Source: Bacteroidales bacterium (lineage in GTDB: Bacteria; Bacteroidota; Bacteroidia; Bacteroidales; VadinHA17). From it: a stretch of DNA of 64,000 nucleotides. Under the pieces are notes generated by a model. That model was not told the DNA's origin. It was given only the letters and a program-made list of their open reading frames with translations, and ran no database searches. Below are positions 16,934 through 26,111 of the stretch, piece by piece. A program made the translations under genes and the position numbers. The stretch spans positions 5,329-69,328 of the forward strand of contig SLNP01000015.1 of NCBI GenBank assembly GCA_007132995.1, in the 5' to 3' direction. Positions within the stretch are counted from its first letter, which is position 1. Each line of letters begins with the position of its first letter.

Positions 16934-18031
16934 TTAGCCCCCTATAGCCTCTTTCCTTCTCTTGTAGTGTAGCGAGTCGCCCCACTCTCCGTAACCTATT
17001 TCGGCATTGGTAATGCCAAGCCTTGCCTCAAGGCACATCTTACAATCTTCGGCAGAGTCGTCGGTGCATGGTTTGTTGTCATACAGTTTATAACTGTCAC
17101 GATACTTTCCGGGAGTTATGTTGGGCATCACAATATTGGCTCCCACCATGATTCCCTTCTCCCTGCCAACCGGGTCTATCGCCTGCAGGGCGGTTGCTGC
17201 CGCTATGTTGATGTCTTTCATGACTATTCTCAGCACAGCAATCATTTTGAGGGTAAGATCAAACCTGTCGGGTAGCGGCATCAATGATGTGGTCTCGTCT
17301 ATTAATGGGGTGTCGGCATGTTCAATGTAGGGTCCCATTCCGCACATATCTATATCCATGTCGCGCATAAAGATGATATCATTTGCCAGATGAGATATCT
17401 TTTGCCACGGCAGCCCAATCATAACCCCTGTTCCGGTCTGATAATCAAGCTCCTTTAGTGTGTTAAGCGATTCAACTCTTCTCTTGAAAAGGTGGTGGCC
17501 GTCGTCGGGGTGCAGCCTTTTGTAAAGGGACGGATCGGAGGCCTCTATCCTCAGCAGATACCTTCTGGCACCGGCCTCTCTCCACCTCCTGTAAACCGCG
17601 GGCTCCTGCTCTCCCAGCGAAATGGTTATGCCAAGACTGTTATCGGTGGCCTCCATAACTCTTTTAAGCAGCCCCTCAACCCTGTCGGCAAAGGTATCAC
17701 TCTCAATCTCGCCCGACTGCAGAGCGATTGACCCGTAATCATTCCTGTATGCAAAGAGTGCCGCCTCTACTATCTCATCATCTGTAAGGTTGTAGCGCTC
17801 CAGATTACGGTTACCTCTCCTGATTCCGCAATAGAGACAGTTTTTACCGCAAACATTCGAAAATTCGATAAGCCCGCGGTAATATACCTTCTTGCCAACA
17901 TACCTCTCTTTTATCTCTGATGCCGCCTTGAAAAGCATCTTCTTCTCCTCGCCATTGGATGAGAGCATGGTCTCTATCTGTTCTCTTGTGTGGTTGTCGC
18001 CCCTGATAATATCTCTGAAAAAACTACTCAT
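16934..18031 (-). CDS. hydE: [FeFe]-hydrogenase maturase HydE (radical SAM)
   Basis: 365 aa. It has the radical-SAM motif CGKNCLYCGIRRGN, BioB/HydE-like length and layout, and lies near hydG and the hydrogenase genes. Confidence 0.75.
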   Translation of the reverse strand: MSSFFRDIIRGDNHTREQIETMLSSNGEEKKMLFKAASEIKERYVGKKVYYRGLIEFSNVCGKNCLYCGIRRGNRNLERYNLTDDEIVEAALFAYRNDYGSIALQSGEIESDTFADRVEGLLKRVMEATDNSLGITISLGEQEPAVYRRWREAGARRYLLRIEASDPSLYKRLHPDDGHHLFKRRVESLNTLKELDYQTGTGVMIGLPWQKISHLANDIIFMRDMDIDMCGMGPYIEHADTPLIDETTSLMPLPDRFDLTLKMIAVLRIVMKDINIAAATALQAIDPVGREKGIMVGANIVMPNITPGKYRDSYKLYDNKPCTDDSAEDCKMCLEARLGITNAEIGYGEWGDSLHYKRRKEAIGG

Positions 18032-18214
18032 CGTAAAATAGTTGGTGTGCTATACAGTGGTGACAAAATTAGCAAAAAGTTTATCCCTCCACTTACCATA
18101 TGATATATATAGCTCTGCCCTTTAGCTTAACCTGGCAGGCATTCTTCCCTGTCAGACGGTGAATGCCGTTTCGCTCGCTGCCTTTGTGCCGCTTGTCAAT
18201 ATCTGCAGATAGGC

Positions 18215-18222
18215 TATTTTTG
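18215..18222 (+). promoter_or_regulatory. Candidate -7 box TATTTTTG upstream of the DUF454 gene
   Basis: Exact TAnnTTTG match. It overlaps the track's GTG start at 18222, which argues for a downstream start at GTG 18252. Confidence 0.3.
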
Positions 18223-18671
18223 TGCCGGAAACCGATAGCAGCAGACTGGAAGTGAATTTGCTCTACAAAACAGCTTTTATAATTGCCGGAACGGTAACGC
18301 TACTGTTGGGCGTTCTGGGTATTGTGATACCCGGCCTGCCAACAACCCCCTTTCTTCTTCTGACAGCATGGCTCTATGTAAGAAGCTCTCCCCGGCTTTA
18401 CAGAATGGTTATCTCAACCCGCTATATCGGCCCCTATATTCTCAGGTTTCAGGAGCGAAGGGCTATGACCGTTTCGGAGAAGGCCTACTCGCTCGCCGTT
18501 ATGTGGATAATGATAACCGTATCAGTTGTTTTTTTGATTGAAACTGATTGGATAAGGCTGCTGGTGCTGGCCCTGGGGTTGGTCGGCACCCTGAATATGG
18601 CTTTTATAATCAAAACTTACCGGAAGGTGCCGGAAAATTGCGAGCGCCCTGAAAAGCCGGCTGACAATTGA
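18222..18671 (+). CDS. YbaN/DUF454-family inner-membrane protein
   Basis: It carries the family signature GIVIPGLPTTPFLLLTAWLYVRSSPR and has 3-4 TM segments. The likely true start is GTG 18252 (MNLLYKTAFIIAG...). Confidence 0.65.
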   Translation: MPETDSSRLEVNLLYKTAFIIAGTVTLLLGVLGIVIPGLPTTPFLLLTAWLYVRSSPRLYRMVISTRYIGPYILRFQERRAMTVSEKAYSLAVMWIMITVSVVFLIETDWIRLLVLALGLVGTLNMAFIIKTYRKVPENCERPEKPADN

Positions 18672-18864
18672 GGTTTGTCTTTTTTCTTATTCTTTCTATA
18701 TTGCTCATGCGGGGAAGTCCCTGTGATGTTGTTTTAAATTGTTGTTTGCCAGGACATAAGCTCCTGTCTGAATACCTTGATGAGGGAGCCCTCCCTGAAG
18801 AGACAAGCGGCATTAACCGCCCGGCCTCCCTCTCCTTTTAGTAAATTCATTAAATGTAAAAATT

Positions 18865-20925
18865 ATGATTAACAGCAAGTTACATGATCCTTCAAGCATA
18901 GTGGTAATAGGCGGGTCTGATGATATAACGAAACCGGGAGGGAAGGTTCTTAAAAACCTTATAGACGGTGATTTTGGAGGCAAGCTATATGTTGTTAACC
19001 CAAAGCTCGACTCGGTTCAGGGTATAGATTCATACCGCGATGCCGCCCTTCTGCCCCGGACAGATCTGGCTATTATTGCCATTGCCGCAAGGCACTGTCC
19101 CGCTACTGTATCACTGCTTGCCCGCGACAAGGGCACCCGGGCCTTCATAATTCTCTCTGCCGGCTTCAGCGAAGAGGGAGAAGAGGGAGCACAGCTTGAG
19201 AGAGAGGTGGTGTCAATAATTGATTCTGTCGGAGGAACCCTGATAGGTCCGAACTGTATCGGTTTTCTCAACAGCAATTACAGCGGACTGTTTACAACCC
19301 CAATACCCAGACTGGATCCAAAGGGTGTTCAGTTTATTTCAGGCTCGGGAGCCACAGCGGTCTTTATAATGGAGGCTGCCATGCCCAACGGCCTTACATT
19401 CTCATCTGTCTGCTCTGTTGGTAACAGCGCACAGACCGGAGTGGAAGATATTCTTAAGCATCTGGATACCACATTCGATCCTGAAAAGGATTCGAGATCA
19501 ATACTGCTGTATATAGAGAGCATAAATAAACCTGATATGCTGCTAAGGCATGCATCATCACTTGTCAGGAAGGGTTGCCGGATAGCGGCGGTGAAAGCTG
19601 GCAGCTCTGAGGCCGGCAGTCGTGCAGCATCGTCTCATACCGGTGCACTGGCAACCAGTGATGTGGCCGTAGATGCCCTGCTGAAGAAGGCAGGTGTAGT
19701 AAGATGCTATAGCAGGACAGAGCTTGCGGCGGTAGGCTCTCTATTCCTGCATCCGCTGCCCGTGGGGCGCAGGATGGCGATAATAACACATGCCGGTGGT
19801 CCCGCTGTTATGCTTACAGACGCTCTTGCAGAGGCAGAATTTGAGGTTCCACCAATAGAGGGAGAGGCAGCCGGCAAACTTCTGGAGAAGCTGCACCCCG
19901 GATCATCAGTTGCCAACCCGATAGATTTTCTTGCCACAGGAACGGCCGAACATATGGGTCATATAATAGATGCATGTGAGAATGACTTCGATAATATCGA
20001 CGCCATGGTTGTAATCTTCGGCAGCCCTGGCCTGTTTCCTGTCTATGAGGTGTATGAGCTGCTTCATGAAAAGATGCAAAGCTGTAAAAAGCCTATATAT
20101 CCGGTCTTGCCCTCGGTAATAAATGTTAAGGATGAAATAGACCTCTTCCTCTCAAAGGGAAGGATAAACTTTCCCGATGAAGTTGTTTTTGCCAGAGCTT
20201 TCGGTGCTGTGATGAATACACCCCGGCCGTGGGAAGATGAGGAGAGATACGGAGTCAATGATTACTATGCTATAAGGGAGTGTGTCGACAGGGCTTCTGA
20301 CGGATATCTCTCTCCCGATGAGGTCTCCTGCCTGCTCGATGCCGCAGGAATACCGAGGGCAGAGGAGAAGAGTGTCACCTCGGAAGGTGAGGCTCTGGAT
20401 GCGGCTCTTGGAGTGGGTTTTCCGGTTGCCATGAAGGTTGTCGGGCCCCTTCACAAGTCTGACTCGGGAGGGGTGATTCTTAATGTCACTACCGGAAGCC
20501 AGGTTAAGGATAACTATGACCACCTTATGGGTATTGAGGGAGCGGTGGCGGTACTGGTGCAAAAGATGCATTCAGGTACCGAGCTTTTTGCCGGGGCTTT
20601 CTATGAGCCCGGATTTGGCCATCTGGTTATGGCCGGTATCGGTGGAATATTTATAGAGGTGCTGAGAGACTTTGGCACAATGATGGTTCCTGTTACAAGG
20701 GCTGAGGCTGAAAGGGCCGTGACAGGCCTCAGGTGCTACGACCTTATTAAGGGAGTAAGGGGAGAAGAGGGTGTAAACCAGGATGAGTTCATTAAGGTTA
20801 TAACGGCTCTCTCTTCACTTCTTGAGGTGGCACCCGAAATAGTTGAGATGGACCTCAATCCGCTTCTTGGAACAGCAGAGAGAGTCGTTGCAGTAGATGC
20901 ACGAATCAGGATAGAGAAGAGGTGA
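18865..20925 (+). CDS. ADP-forming acetyl/acyl-CoA synthetase (fused alpha-beta: CoA-binding + CoA-ligase + ATP-grasp)
   Basis: 686 aa. Motifs: GPNCIGF, phosphohistidine loop SSHTGALA, and a C-terminal ATP-grasp region (VAMKVVGPLHKSDSGGV). Confidence 0.8.
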   Translation: MINSKLHDPSSIVVIGGSDDITKPGGKVLKNLIDGDFGGKLYVVNPKLDSVQGIDSYRDAALLPRTDLAIIAIAARHCPATVSLLARDKGTRAFIILSAGFSEEGEEGAQLEREVVSIIDSVGGTLIGPNCIGFLNSNYSGLFTTPIPRLDPKGVQFISGSGATAVFIMEAAMPNGLTFSSVCSVGNSAQTGVEDILKHLDTTFDPEKDSRSILLYIESINKPDMLLRHASSLVRKGCRIAAVKAGSSEAGSRAASSHTGALATSDVAVDALLKKAGVVRCYSRTELAAVGSLFLHPLPVGRRMAIITHAGGPAVMLTDALAEAEFEVPPIEGEAAGKLLEKLHPGSSVANPIDFLATGTAEHMGHIIDACENDFDNIDAMVVIFGSPGLFPVYEVYELLHEKMQSCKKPIYPVLPSVINVKDEIDLFLSKGRINFPDEVVFARAFGAVMNTPRPWEDEERYGVNDYYAIRECVDRASDGYLSPDEVSCLLDAAGIPRAEEKSVTSEGEALDAALGVGFPVAMKVVGPLHKSDSGGVILNVTTGSQVKDNYDHLMGIEGAVAVLVQKMHSGTELFAGAFYEPGFGHLVMAGIGGIFIEVLRDFGTMMVPVTRAEAERAVTGLRCYDLIKGVRGEEGVNQDEFIKVITALSSLLEVAPEIVEMDLNPLLGTAERVVAVDARIRIEKR

Positions 20926-20986
20926 GGTGAGGAATATCATGTGAGTTAAGGTTGGTTAAGGGTACCTTTAGCCTCTCTTTATTGAC

Positions 20987-20994
20987 TATATTTG
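20987..20994 (+). promoter_or_regulatory. Candidate -7 box TATATTTG, implying a ~150-nt leader for the aminotransferase gene
   Basis: Exact consensus match 160 nt upstream of the ATG at 21154. Confidence 0.3.
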
Positions 20995-21153
20995 ACATAC
21001 GGTGTGGTAAATGAGCCTGAAACAGGCATCTTTGCCCCCTGTATGATTTAGCGGATAAAAGAGTTTTGGGCCGCCATAGCCCGGGACGGTTTCCGGACCT
21101 TTCAGCGGAGATACCCGGATTTTGGCATTCCAATCTTTGGAAACATAGCTGTT

Positions 21154-22476
21154 ATGAATACACCAGTAAATTATGAAGTTGTAAGATCGAAGCTCGATGA
21201 GATTATCGGTGAAGCCGATATTGGAAGGGCTAGTATCAGGGAGATTGTAAAGCTGGTCAACCACATTGAACGCGAGACCGGTATAGAGTATATACGGATG
21301 GAGATGGGGGTGCCCGGTCTTCCGCCAGCCGCAATAGCAACAGAGGCTGAAAAGAGAGCCCTTGACAAGGGAGTTGCCTCTCTCTATCCCAATATAGAAG
21401 GGATATATGAACTTAAGAGTGAGACATCGCGCTTTGTCAAGCTCTTTATGGATCTCGATGTTGATCCCCGTGGATGTATACCTTCGGTAGGTTCTATGAT
21501 GGGTTCTATGGCCTGCTTTATGGTTGCCAACAGGAACAACGCTGACCGCGAGGGTACCCTTTTTATTGATCCGGGCTTCCCTGTTCAGAAGTCTCAGATA
21601 GAGATGCTGGGTCAGGAGTTTATGACCTTTGATGTTTACAATTACAGGGGTGACAAGCTAAGGCCTAAACTTGAATCGATACTTGCCGGTGGCAAGGTTT
21701 CAACCATTCTCTACTCAAACCCCAATAACCCTGCATGGATATGCTTTACCGAAGAGGAGCTTAAGACAATAGGCGAACTGGCTAACAGGTACGATGCGAT
21801 TGTGATAGAAGATCTGGCCTATTTCGGAATGGATTTCAGAAAAGACTACTCTGTTCCGGGGTCACCGCCATTTCAGCCCACAGTAGGTAAATATTGCGAT
21901 AACTATATTTTGCTCATATCCAGCTCAAAGGTCTTCAGTTATGCAGGGCAGAGGGCAGGTATGATAGTTATTTCCGATACTCTCTATAACAGACAATACC
22001 CCGATCTGCTCCGTTACTTTACCTCAGACCGTTTTGGGCACTGTATAGTTTTCGGTGCTCTCTACGGACTCTCGGCGGGGGTTACCCATACCGTGCAGTA
22101 CGGGCTGGCCGCTGTTCTGAAGGCGGTTAATGACGGAGGTTATAAATTTCTTGAAGAGGTGAGGGAGTATGGCCATAAGGCTGAAATTATGAAGAGACTC
22201 TTTACATCTAACGGATTCGGTATTGTGTACGACAGGGATCTTGATGAGCCTATAGCTGACGGATTCTACTTCACCATCAGCTATCCCGGCTTTACCGGCT
22301 CTCAGCTTCTTGAGAGGCTAATATTTTACGGTATAAGCGCAATAACCCTTGGTATAACAGGAAGCGAAAGGGGCGAAGGGCTAAGGGCCTGTGTCTCCCT
22401 TATAAGGAGAGACCAGTTTCCGGATCTTGAGCAGAGGCTTAAGAAGTTTGCAGAGGACCACCCGACAGCCTCTTAG
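21154..22476 (+). CDS. PLP-dependent aminotransferase, class I/II
   Basis: 440 aa. It has the PLP-lysine region SSSKVFSYAGQRAG and the NPNNPA motif. Confidence 0.75.
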   Translation: MNTPVNYEVVRSKLDEIIGEADIGRASIREIVKLVNHIERETGIEYIRMEMGVPGLPPAAIATEAEKRALDKGVASLYPNIEGIYELKSETSRFVKLFMDLDVDPRGCIPSVGSMMGSMACFMVANRNNADREGTLFIDPGFPVQKSQIEMLGQEFMTFDVYNYRGDKLRPKLESILAGGKVSTILYSNPNNPAWICFTEEELKTIGELANRYDAIVIEDLAYFGMDFRKDYSVPGSPPFQPTVGKYCDNYILLISSSKVFSYAGQRAGMIVISDTLYNRQYPDLLRYFTSDRFGHCIVFGALYGLSAGVTHTVQYGLAAVLKAVNDGGYKFLEEVREYGHKAEIMKRLFTSNGFGIVYDRDLDEPIADGFYFTISYPGFTGSQLLERLIFYGISAITLGITGSERGEGLRACVSLIRRDQFPDLEQRLKKFAEDHPTAS

Positions 22477-22562
22477 TGGTTAAGATCGGGGCAGGGTAGT
22501 TTGATTACCGCTGCTCTGAACATTATGAGAAGATAGTAAACAACAGATAATATATAACAGAA

Positions 22563-22787
22563 ATGGCGAAGATCAGAGGAACAATAGTTGTAGACATCGA
22601 GAGATGTAAAGGCTGTGAGGTTTGTGTTGTTAACTGCCCCACAAAGACAATTGCACTTGCAAAGGAGGTTAACAGTAAGGGTTACCACTACGCTTATGAG
22701 GCGGTAGATGATACCTGTATCGGATGCGCAAACTGTGCTATGGTATGTCCCGACGGTGTAATAACGGTCTATAAAAAGCGTTTGTAA
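22563..22787 (+). CDS. 2x[4Fe-4S] ferredoxin subunit (delta) of 2-oxoacid:ferredoxin oxidoreductase
   Basis: 74 aa with CKGCEVCVVNCP and CIGCANCAMVCP. It leads the alpha/beta/gamma genes. Confidence 0.8.
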   Translation: MAKIRGTIVVDIERCKGCEVCVVNCPTKTIALAKEVNSKGYHYAYEAVDDTCIGCANCAMVCPDGVITVYKKRL

Positions 22788-23001
22788 CACCAAATTCAGC
22801 TGCGACCTTTTCCGGAGGGGGTGGCCTTATGGCTTACACAATAGCGCGGTAGTGAGAGAACAGATATTGAAATAATAAACCCAACATGAGAACAGAGGGC
22901 ATAGATTATTGCAGAGAGGTTGGCGCCGAGGCTATCGGAAAGTAACTGTTTCAGTATGCAAACAGTGATATGCCTGTTTTCATGAGAAAAAATTTAAACC
23001 A

Positions 23002-24072
23002 ATGAAAAGGGAACTACGATTAATGAAGGGCAACGAGGCTATTGCCGAGGCTGCTATCCGTGCTGGCTGCGATGGCTATTTCGGATATCCCATCACCCCT
23101 CAGAGTGAGATACTTGAGTATCTGATGGAGGAGAAGCCCCACGAGCGTACGGGTATGGTGGTGTTGCAGGCTGAGAGTGAAGTGGCGGCCATCAATATGG
23201 TTTATGGAGGTGCCGGTTGCGGTAAGAAGGTTATGACCTCTTCCTCTTCACCAGGTATAAGCCTTAAACAAGAGGGGCTAAGCTATATTGCAGGAGCAGA
23301 GCTCCCCTGCCTCGTGGTCAATATAGTGCGCGGTGGGCCGGGGCTTGGCACCATACAGCCTGCGCAGTCTGACTACTTTCAGGCTGTAAAAGGTGGCGGC
23401 CATGGTGATTACAAGCTCCTTGTACTGGCGCCGGCCTCTGTCCAGGAGATGGCAGATTTTGTCGAACTGGGCTTTGAGCTAGCCTTTAAATACAGGAATC
23501 CCGTTATGATCCTTTCAGACGGGATTATAGGTCAGATGATGGAGAAGGTCTACCTGAATCCCCAGAAAGAGAGGTCGTCTGAAAACCTTGAGTGGGCTAC
23601 AACAGGTAAACCGGCAGGTAGTGAGAGAACCATCATTACATCTCTTGAGCTTGACTCTGCCAAACAGGAGGTTTTTAATCAGAAGCTGATTGATAAATAC
23701 AGAGAGATGGAGAGGAGTGAGGTGAGGGTCGAGGAGTTTCAGACCGAAGATGCCGACTACCTTCTTGTATCGTATGGCAGCAGCGCCCGTATCTGCCAGA
23801 GGGCAGTAGATCTGGCCAGGGCGGAAGGTCTTAAGGTGGGTCTTATAAGATTGATAACCCTATTCCCGTTTCCCAAAAAGAGGCTTGAAGAGCTTGCAGG
23901 GAGCGTAAAGGGGATGATGGCTGTAGAGATGAGTGCAGGACAGATGGTAGAAGATGTTATGCTCTCAGTATGCGGAAAAGTGCCGGTGGTACATTTTGGT
24001 AGAATGGGAGGTATTATACCTACACCGGAAGAGGTGATAGAGAACCTCAAAACAAAAATTATAGGAGGCTAA
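23002..24072 (+). CDS. 2-oxoacid:ferredoxin oxidoreductase alpha subunit (KorA/VorB type)
   Basis: 356 aa. The N-terminus MKGNEAIAEAAIRAGCDGYFGYPITPQSEI is typical of the family. Confidence 0.85.
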   Translation: MKRELRLMKGNEAIAEAAIRAGCDGYFGYPITPQSEILEYLMEEKPHERTGMVVLQAESEVAAINMVYGGAGCGKKVMTSSSSPGISLKQEGLSYIAGAELPCLVVNIVRGGPGLGTIQPAQSDYFQAVKGGGHGDYKLLVLAPASVQEMADFVELGFELAFKYRNPVMILSDGIIGQMMEKVYLNPQKERSSENLEWATTGKPAGSERTIITSLELDSAKQEVFNQKLIDKYREMERSEVRVEEFQTEDADYLLVSYGSSARICQRAVDLARAEGLKVGLIRLITLFPFPKKRLEELAGSVKGMMAVEMSAGQMVEDVMLSVCGKVPVVHFGRMGGIIPTPEEVIENLKTKIIGG

Positions 24073-24076
24073 TATT

Positions 24077-24856
24077 ATGTCAGAAAGTTTCGATAAAAAG
24101 AGCATGATAGATGAAGCTAACCTCGCTTATAAGAAGTCTGAGGTTATGACAGAGAATGTTCTCAGCTACTGCCCGGGTTGTGGTCATGGAACCGCACACA
24201 GGCTTATCGCTGAGGTTATTGAGGAGGGCGACCTTCAGGACAAGACAATAGGTGTTTGTCCAGTCGGATGTTCGGTACTGATGTACAATTCTCTCGATAT
24301 AGATATGCAGCAGGCAGCTCACGGAAGAGCTCCCGCGGTGGCTACGGCTGTAAAGAGGCTTATGCCGGAAAAATTTGTCTTCACCTATCAGGGTGACGGC
24401 GACCTGGCTGCCATTGGAACAGCAGAAACCCTGCATGCATGCAATAGAGGTGAAAACTTCCTGATAGTCTTTATAAATAACGCTATCTATGGAATGACAG
24501 GAGGCCAGATGGCTCCGACCACACTGCCCGGCATGAGGTCTTCAACCTCACCTCACGGAAGAGATACCATACTTATGGGTAACCCCCTTAAGATGACAGA
24601 ACTGGTTGCCAAACTGCCCGGTACATACTTTGTAACAAGGCAGAGCGTACATACCCCTGCCGCTGTCAGGAAGACCAAGAAGGCGTTAAGGAAGGCCGTC
24701 GAGTATCAGCAGCAATCCAAAGGGACCTGCTTTATTGAGATAGTATCCAACTGCCCTTCCGGATGGAAAATGACAGCGCTGCAGTCCAATGAATGGATGG
24801 AGGAGAATATGTTTCCCTTCTACCCTTTGGGTGATATTAAGGTGCCGGAGGAGTAG
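24077..24856 (+). CDS. 2-oxoacid:ferredoxin oxidoreductase beta subunit (TPP-binding)
   Basis: 259 aa with CPGCGHG and the TPP motif YQGDGDLAAIG...NN. Confidence 0.85.
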   Translation: MSESFDKKSMIDEANLAYKKSEVMTENVLSYCPGCGHGTAHRLIAEVIEEGDLQDKTIGVCPVGCSVLMYNSLDIDMQQAAHGRAPAVATAVKRLMPEKFVFTYQGDGDLAAIGTAETLHACNRGENFLIVFINNAIYGMTGGQMAPTTLPGMRSSTSPHGRDTILMGNPLKMTELVAKLPGTYFVTRQSVHTPAAVRKTKKALRKAVEYQQQSKGTCFIEIVSNCPSGWKMTALQSNEWMEENMFPFYPLGDIKVPEE

Positions 24857-24887
24857 AAATTTTAATGACCAGGTAAACTAAATAGTT

Positions 24888-25439
24888 ATGACAGAAGAGA
24901 TTATTATAGCCGGATTTGGTGGTCAGGGTGTTTTATCCATGGGTAAAATAATGGCCTATTCAGGTGTTATGCAGGATATGGAGGTGAGCTGGATGCCCTC
25001 TTACGGTCCCGAGATGCGGGGTGGTACAGCGAATGTGATTGTTATCCTGAGTGAAAATAGGATAAGCTCGCCCATAATACGGGAATTTGATACCGCCATA
25101 ATACTCAATCAACAGTCGCTGGACAAGTTTGAAAATGATATCAAACCCGGCGGTACGCTGATATATGATGGTAATGGTATAACCCGTCATCCTGAGCGCA
25201 AAGATATTACCGTGTACCGTATCGATGCCATGGACGAGGCTACCAGTATGGAGATGTCGAAAGTGTTTAATATGGTTGTTCTGGGTGGCTATCTTAAAGT
25301 CAAGCCGATACTGAAACTTGACAATGTGGTAGAGGGACTGAAGAAGTCTCTGCCGGAGCGCTACCACAAGCTTATTCCTGCCAACGAGAAGGCACTTCAT
25401 CGTGGTATGGAGATAATATCTGAGGTTGAGCAGAACTAA
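24888..25439 (+). CDS. 2-oxoacid:ferredoxin oxidoreductase gamma subunit
   Basis: 183 aa. It has IIAGFGGQGVLSMGK and SYGPEMRGG. Confidence 0.85.
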   Translation: MTEEIIIAGFGGQGVLSMGKIMAYSGVMQDMEVSWMPSYGPEMRGGTANVIVILSENRISSPIIREFDTAIILNQQSLDKFENDIKPGGTLIYDGNGITRHPERKDITVYRIDAMDEATSMEMSKVFNMVVLGGYLKVKPILKLDNVVEGLKKSLPERYHKLIPANEKALHRGMEIISEVEQN

Positions 25440-25488
25440 ACTTAAACCGGGGTATATCTTAAATATGGGTGGCCGGTGCCAGGCAGGG

Positions 25489-26109
25489 TTATTCAACATC
25501 CTCCCGGTGCCGGCCTCTGTATAGATTCATTCTCCTTATGTAGCTCCATACTTCAGCAGGGAGCAGATGGCTGGCGTCACGCCCCTCTGCAATACTCCTT
25601 CTTATATCGGATGCCGATACCTCCATAAGTGGAGCCTTAAGCAGAGTTATGTCGGCATGGCGCAGCAGCGATTCAACGGTCTTGCTTCGGGGGGGCTTTT
25701 TAAAACCGCTTCTGGGGTAGGCATATATCTGGCATGTAGCTGTCAGCTCTTCAAGCCCCTTCCATTTGTCGAGCGAATAGAGATTATCCTCCCCCATTAT
25801 TATGGTGAAACGATTATCGGGCTCTGCTTTTCTGATCTCCCTGATTGTGTCGATAGTGTAGCTGGGCAGGGGCAGGGATAGCTCAATGGCAGATATCCTT
25901 ATGTTTTCGTCAACACCACGGAGTGCCCTCCTGGCCATCTCCAGTCTTGTTTCACCCGGCAGAAGACCCGATCCGCTCTTAAGAGGGTTAAGAGCGCTTA
26001 TAATAAGGCGTACCTCATCAATTGGTGTGTTGTTGCATATCCACCTTGCAACCGCCAGATGCCCGTTATGTATCGGATTAAACGATCCGAAATAGAGGCC
26101 TGTTTCCAT
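25489..26109 (-). CDS. nadD: Nicotinate-nucleotide adenylyltransferase
   Basis: 206 aa with the GSFNPIHNGHL (HxGH) motif and ISASDIR. Confidence 0.85.
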   Translation of the reverse strand: METGLYFGSFNPIHNGHLAVARWICNNTPIDEVRLIISALNPLKSGSGLLPGETRLEMARRALRGVDENIRISAIELSLPLPSYTIDTIREIRKAEPDNRFTIIMGEDNLYSLDKWKGLEELTATCQIYAYPRSGFKKPPRSKTVESLLRHADITLLKAPLMEVSASDIRRSIAEGRDASHLLPAEVWSYIRRMNLYRGRHREDVE

Positions 26110-26111
26110 CT

